From Octopus vulgaris (Eukaryota), in assembly GCA_951406725.2 (NCBI GenBank), contig OX597831.1, positions 28,706,001-28,770,000 on the forward strand: a stretch of 64,000 nucleotides of DNA, given 5' to 3'. The notes under the pieces are model-generated. The model had not been told where the DNA came from. It did not search any database and saw only the letters and a list, made by a program, of their open reading frames with translations. Shown one piece after another: positions 56,719-64,000 of this stretch. Position numbers and translations under genes: made by a program. The stretch's first letter is position 1. The number at the start of each line of letters is the position of its first letter.

Positions 56719-56859
56719 AGGAAATAATTTTATATAATAATATAGCATGAACAGGATAAACTACCCATGAGAATAAAATTATTTCCTTATCCTTCAATAC
56801 ATTTCAACGCTTCTAAAGCAAACTTAATTTACTTCCATCGTAATTGGGATTTAACATAA

Positions 56860-56934
<75 letters not shown>

Positions 56935-57264
56935 TACAGATATACATATATATATATACATATATATACACATGTATACGTACATGTATACATATATATA
57001 CACACATAAGTATATATGTGTGTGTGTGTGTGTATTCATATAATCAAAAGGACGTTGAAAATGCACCAGACCATTAAAAGAATTTCAGGAAAATTTAATG
57101 TCAAAAGAAGCAAGTGCAATATTTTATTTAGTTACATTAAATCTTTTTAAATTACAATTTAACCGGTTTTTAATTTACATTTTAACCGGTTTCCTCCATT
57201 CTATGATTTAATATGTCTGGATGAACTACTACGCTTGCCTTTTAATTTTTCTAATGTGAGTATG

Positions 57265-57298
<34 letters not shown>

Positions 57299-57582
57299 CA
57301 GAGGGGGAGTGATGGGGAGAGAGGTAGTACTGAGAAATTGAGGGAAAAGGCAGGAGAAAAAATAGAAGGAAGCATTATCTTTCCTTGTAATCAATGATGG
57401 CTAATAGATTCTGTTTTCAATCAATCCATCTATCTACCCAACCCTCTATACATACCTACAAACATACATACATACATTCATGCATACAGAAATACACACA
57501 CATATATATATATATGTATACATATATATATCTATGTATATATGCATGTATATAAGTGTATATGTACATGTATGTTTGTATA

Positions 57583-57622
<40 letters not shown>

Positions 57623-57639
57623 GTACATACATATATATA

Positions 57640-57688
<49 letters not shown>

Positions 57689-59005
57689 CACTAGCCAGCT
57701 GTTGTCCTCTACCGACGAAGGGAAATTACTCAGAAGCCATTGGCCTACAGGTATCGCTGCGGCTAGAGAGGGAGCAGTAGACTCCCTAGCTCACAGTATC
57801 ATGTATCGGTAGCGGAAAAGATGTTTTCCTGGTGCTAAAATGTAGTAACGACGTCCTACGTAGGACTGCCACGTCGCATTGGCAAATAGACTTTACTATA
57901 TATATATGTATATGCGATAAACAAAATCCCCAAATATTATACCAAGTCGAAACCAATTTTCTTCTTGAACTAATTCTTTTATTTTCTACAAAATTGAGTT
58001 CTGCTTCTCCCATATTTCAATCTCTTGTTTTTACGTTTTTTTTTTTTTGTTTTGTTTTTTTTTTACTTTTCATTCGAAAAGATATTGCCCGCCGTATATT
58101 AGCGTTTCTTACGTGAGAAGCAGGGGGAGGAGAGAAATGTAAGAGAGAGAGAAAGAAAGTATTGTACACATGTATGTATGCCATTCTTCAGTTTTATTTG
58201 AAGATTTTTTGCCAATAAAGATCCGGTTTCTAAGCTAGATCCAAGGTTCCTTCATTGGAATTTCAATATCAACAACAGGGTATTTTTGTATGTATGTATG
58301 GATGGATGTATATATGTATGTATATGCTTGTGCAGATTTGTATGTTTTGTTTTATGTGTGTATTCTCATGCATATAGTTTCATATCTAGACATGTTCATA
58401 TATATGTAAATGATTAACTTCTGGAATGTTTTACTGATTTTTGCAGTTTCAGTATGTATGTATGTATGTATGTATGTATGTATGTATGTATGTATGTATG
58501 TATGTATGTGCGTATTTATATATATATGTGTATGTACACATGTTTTCATGTATGTATCTATGTGTATGTAAGGTATATATATGTTTGTTATGTACGTGTG
58601 TATGTATTTATGCACACCTGTTCTCTCTTTCTCTCTCTCTCTATCTTTGTCTCTCTCTCGGCATCTCTCTCTCTCTCTTTATATATATATATGTATGTAT
58701 GAGCATGCGTGCGGTGTGTGTGTGTGTGTGTGTGTGTTGTGTCTGTGTGTGTGAATGTGTGAGGGGGGAGTGCGCGCAGATATTGGAGAATATATTAAGC
58801 GTGCTTATGAAGCTGTGTACTTAAAGGAATCGGTGACTATAAGAAATAAGAAATCCGAGAGAAAAAGAGAAAGAGAGAGAGGGAGAGAGAGAGAGAGGAT
58901 GGAGAGAACAGCTGAAGAGAATGAGATAAGGGGAGAGATTAAACATTGCACAAATGTATGAGCGTGAAATCATCATCATCATCACCGTCATCATCGTCAT
59001 CGTCG

Positions 59006-59040
<35 letters not shown>

Positions 59041-59053
59041 GTCATCGTCGTCG

Positions 59054-59086
<33 letters not shown>

Positions 59087-60522
59087 CCTTCGTCATGTTG
59101 CACAGCATCAGCATCACCATCATCACTGTATTCCCTAAGAATTTTCGTGTCTCCGTAAGCAACTGTCCAGTGCTACTAAAAAGAAAAAAAGAAAAAATAT
59201 ATATATCAAATGCGTAAACTGTTGCTTTCATAATCCTTCGGCCATTTGGACACCGAGTCATTCCTCGTTAATCCTCTAATGTTCTCCAAAAGATTGTAAA
59301 CGCAGTTGGACGCTCTAATCGCTAATCTTCCGGATTAGTTGAATTATCCCATGTGATAGACGCCATTTTACCTTGCGTCAATTATTATGCCAGTTCTTCC
59401 AACTGTCATTAAAATATTAAAATATTACGTTGACTGTTTAATTAAAGATTTTGTGGATATCATGTAATTATACACACACACAGACACACAGACACACTCA
59501 CATACACATACACACACACATATACATACATATATACATACATACATATATACATACATACATATATAAATGCATATATATAAATATATGTATGTATATA
59601 TATATATACATATATTATGTATTGTATAAAAATGTATGTGTGTATTTATATGTGTGTGTTGAATATAAATGTATGTGTGTGTGTGCGTGTGTGTGTGTGT
59701 GTGTCTGTGCGTTTGTGGTTGTGTGTAAGTGTGTATGGATAAGAATGAGAAAGTGAGGAGAAATAGAATGAATGACAAGGAAGGAAATTGAAATAGCGAG
59801 AAGAGAGAGCAAGGGGGGATGGGGAGAAAGAAGGAAGGAAGCAGGTGGTGGTGGTGGTGGTAGTGGTGGGGAGAGGTAGTAAAAACGAAAATGTTTGGAA
59901 AGAGATGGAGCGGCCGAAAGCGAGAAAAACATGAAATATTGGTAGAAAAGCGACACACTGACACAGAGATGTGTATAGACATACACACATACAGGTCGAG
60001 AGAGAACAGAGCTACGTAGAGACAGACACACGTACACACACACAACAGAAAGAGAGACGGGGGACACTGGAAAGGTATGTGTGCGTGTGTGTCTGAGAAA
60101 GAGAGAGAAAGAAGAAGGCATCACATGATGCAGTTCTGCTGTTTCTTAGGAATATTGAAATGAAAATTTTAATGGCAGCCGTTCTGTTGTTGATCACGTG
60201 TTCTCTTTTATTAAGACTGAGGCTTACGCAGAAAAGATAAAATAAAATAATTTCTTTTTTGGTGTTTTTCTCTGACATACAATTAAAAGACTCTACTCAG
60301 ATTTTTACTTAGCGATGTTTTCGACTAATGGTTCTCAGCCGGGGGTCCATATAGTATTTTTGCGAGTCTACGTAAGCAAAGCAAAATAGTAAATTAGTGG
60401 TCTTCAGTAATTTATTATAAGAAAACAGCTAGGTTTCTTTCTCAGACGTTCTCCATAGTTTAATTTACACAAATAGATGGCCCTCCCAAGACACTGCAGA
60501 ACTATATTTAGGTGCAAGGATA

Positions 60523-60918
60523 CTCTTTTACTTGTTTCAGTCATTTGACTGTGGCCATGCTGGAGAACCGCCTTTAGTCGAGCAAATCGACCCCAGGACT
60601 TATTCTTTGTAAGCCTAGTACTTATTCTATCGGTCTCTTTCGCCGAACCGCTAAGTTACGGGGACGTAAACACACCACCATCTGTTGTCAAGCGGTGGTG
60701 GTGGGGACAAACACAGACACACGAACATATACACACACATACACATATATACATATATACGACGGGCTTCTTTCAGTTTCCGCTTACCAAATCCAATCAC
60801 AAGGCTTTGGTCGGCCCGAGGCTATAGTAGAAGACGCTTGCCCAAGGTGTCACGCAATGGGACTGAACCCGGAACCATGTGGTTCGTAAGGAAGCTACTT
60901 ACCACACAGCCACTCCTA
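60523..60918 (-). mobile_element. SINE family A
   Basis: Full-length copy. Confidence 0.9.
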
Positions 60919-62073
60919 CATAAATATAATGTTTTTTTTTAAATTTGAAATCTAATATAATATATATTTCAATCCTTTACTCTGAGTTAGTCTTGACTGT
61001 TTGATTAAGAAGTTAGCTTTATAATAATGAGACACCGGGATCGATTTCAATAAAACCTCTTGTCGTCCCAATTATGTGAGAAAATCTGGGTTAAACGGAA
61101 AATGTTCGAACGCCCGCTGAATGAATTGTACCAGTAATTAAAAGAGCCCCCAAATGTGTCACACACTACATTGCTGTTTCTTCCTATAAACTACATTAAG
61201 GGTACACGTTTCTGTGGAATACGCTACCACTTACACGTTAATTCAATGAATAAACCGTTCTGTTGAGCGAACATCTAAAACTGCTTGATCTAAGTCGGTG
61301 ATCCGTTTAAGAATTTCTTTGAATTTGTCAATATTCATTCTTTGTTCCCATATTCTACGTTTAATATTCACAGTGAATGAATAGGCAGAAAAATGGGTAA
61401 TAGTGCCAAGCCATGGTGAAAGACAAGACACAAATTTAGATTTTCTTTTCTTTTACGTTTTAAAATCATCCTTAAAACTTCCATTTCTCTTCCATCTGAT
61501 AAAAGCAATCACAAAATTTATACCGAGAGTCTAATCAACATGGCGGCTGATTAACGATAATTTAATCAGCTGGCAACCATTTCGTTTCATAGTTTATTAT
61601 GCTTTATATGTTTTGTGCTTTTGTTTTCATTTTGTTTTTGTACTGTTTATATGTCATTTATTTGTTGTTGTCGCTGGTGCTGTATTTTTTTTTTACAAAT
61701 CTTCAGTCCTCTTACTATTTGTCACATTGCATTTTCAATTTCAAGCTATTATGTGTGCACGAGTGTGCGTGTGAATGCATGTGCTTGTGTGTATGTGTGT
61801 GCGTGTGTGTATGTGTGCATGTGCGCGGGTTTGTGTGTGTGGGCGTGAGTGCCTATGTGCAACTGTGTGTGTATTAACAACGAGAACAGAATTAGCTCCA
61901 CGTTCTTGTTAAAAACGTATATATATATACTTATATATATATATGTGTGTATATATGTATGTATATATATATAGAGAGAGAGAGAGGGGGGGAGAGAGAA
62001 GTAGATCATATGTGTGCGTGTGTGTATGGATGTGTGCATGTGCGTATGTGTGTTTGTGTGTTTGTGTGTATAC

Positions 62074-62132
<59 letters not shown>

Positions 62133-62205
62133 TATACACATATATATTTTGTATGTGTACGTGAGAGAGGGATAGAGAGAAAGAGGGAGTGTCTACGTGT
62201 GTGTG

Positions 62206-62357
<152 letters not shown>

Positions 62358-62843
62358 AGCTTGAACCATTCAGCACACGCCAGCTCTAGTCGTTAGTGTT
62401 ACTTGAGTTACCGTCTGATTGCCTATCATCAACGAAGTCATTTAGAAATCAGCCGATATCAAAGAGAGATCTTTCGTTCAATAAACGTCTTTATTGTTCC
62501 TTATTTCTGAACTGTTCATAAAAGCTTTTGCCATATATATATATATATATACATAAGTAGGTAGGTAGGTAAGTATGTATGTATGTGTGTGTATGCATAC
62601 GCACATATAGACACATTGCTCTTTCAATAAACAAATATCGACACGTATCTGTGTGCGTGTGTGTGTGTGTATGTGTGTTTCTCCGTGTGTGTATGTGTGT
62701 GTATCTATGTGTACTTGGATGTGTGTTCATCTACTGTATATTCTGATTAAATTCTCTTTTTGTAATTATTTCTCATCAAAACTGTATACGTCTGTTTTAT
62801 TGAAAATATCGACAATATAATGTTTCTGTCCTGTCTCATTCCG

Positions 62844-62924
<81 letters not shown>

Positions 62925-62993
62925 CTTTCTTCCTCTAACAATCAATCTATCTGTCTATCTATATCAATATATATACAAAGACACACAAATATA

Positions 62994-63033
<40 letters not shown>

Positions 63034-63168
63034 CATACGTATGTGTAAACTTATTTGTGAGTTAACAAGGCAACCAATGGTTTCATGTAAAGTGACCTTC
63101 ACAATTGTTCAAGCGTACCATATGGAAATCGTCTCCCTTTTGGATGAGAATATGCGAGTTTTTACATT

Positions 63169-63239
<71 letters not shown>

Positions 63240-63279
63240 ATATACATATATATATTTACATATATATATAGAGAGAGAG

Positions 63280-63411
63280 ATATGTGAAAGAATGGAGCTG
63301 AACGACGAATTAACAAAATTCCTTTATTTTCGATATATGCAGCCTTCGGAACATATGTCGAAAATAAAGGAATTTTGTTAATTCGTCGTTCAGCTCCATT
63401 CTTTCATATAT
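63280..63411. repeat. 60-bp inverted repeat with 12-nt loop
   Basis: 63280-63339 versus 63352-63411, two mismatches. Confidence 0.95.
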
Positions 63412-64000
63412 TTATATTTTTAAAATAAACATACAAATTTCCACACGAAAGCACGTAATCTATGCCCTAGGCACGTAAGTTCAACCGTGTTTTTTCTGAT
63501 GTGAATTTGCTACCCAGGTATCGGTTAATTCGAATTATCCATAATAAGATAATTCATTCAACTACTCAAATATTTATATATAGATATGTATGTATATGGG
63601 ATATATGGGTTCACATTTAGCTTAATGGGCTTTGCTATATTTATCCTAAAACGTTGGAATGCAGAGGAATGCACACGGGTGATTATTGTTTTATTTTCAG
63701 CAGGCAAGGAATGAAGGATTCATTTTCACCTGTTTCGAAACTAGTTTGTTTCTTCAACAGATGTTATGCTCCCTACTCATCTGCCCATAGACAGCTATTT
63801 ACACACGATAGATTTAGTGGCTGCTGCAGAACACTTAGCTTGATTTGCATAAACAGTGTTTTGCTGGTCACTTTATTAATTCTCTTTTATCTTTTATATT
63901 TCTTTGTTGGTTCAGTCATTGGACTGTGGCCATGCTGGGGCACTGCCTTGCAGGTTTTTACTCGAACAAATCTACCTCAGTACTTAATTTTTAAAGCCTG

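Noticed and set aside
57716-57780. [19 protein letters not shown] as the next channel exon
   Set aside because: No AG in the required phase, no second loop-C Cys, and a stop codon before any M1 helix.
63717-63790. GFIFTCFETSLFLQQM, resembling GKFTCIEARFHLERQM, as exon 7
   Set aside because: The acceptor in that phase (atgaag) has no pyrimidine tract, the better acceptors at 63700 and 63703 lead to TGA, and the frame stops before a credible M1. Probably chance, though worth checking against RNA-seq.

Overview
Repeat-saturated, AT-rich animal genomic DNA. The SINE families and the dense (TA)n/(CA)n/(TAA)n/(TACA)n/(TAGA)n microsatellites look like Octopus (coleoid cephalopod); this is inference, not a database match. 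One protein-coding gene can be assembled on the + strand from six GT-AG exons (33214-33296, 38354-38418, 50302-50369, 51928-52154, 53434-53516, 55423-55560; 664 nt, 221 codons, no stops, all phases compatible). It encodes the signal peptide and most of the extracellular domain of a Cys-loop (pentameric) ligand-gated ion channel subunit of the GlyR/GluCl-like branch, with several non-canonical ligand-site residues. The transmembrane exons were not found and probably lie beyond 64000. Nearly all other ORFs in the track are microsatellite artefacts. The rest is mobile DNA: several SINE families, mariner remnants and MITEs, RTE-like, CR1 and R4/Dong LINE fragments, and Penelope-like elements. The most unusual non-coding signal is a dense set of short, microsatellite-flanked, often palindromic elements carrying intact or decayed minimal hammerhead-ribozyme cores (CTGANGA...GAAAC-palindrome-GTH), together with long inverted repeats inside the channel pre-mRNA. 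All alignments were made by eye.
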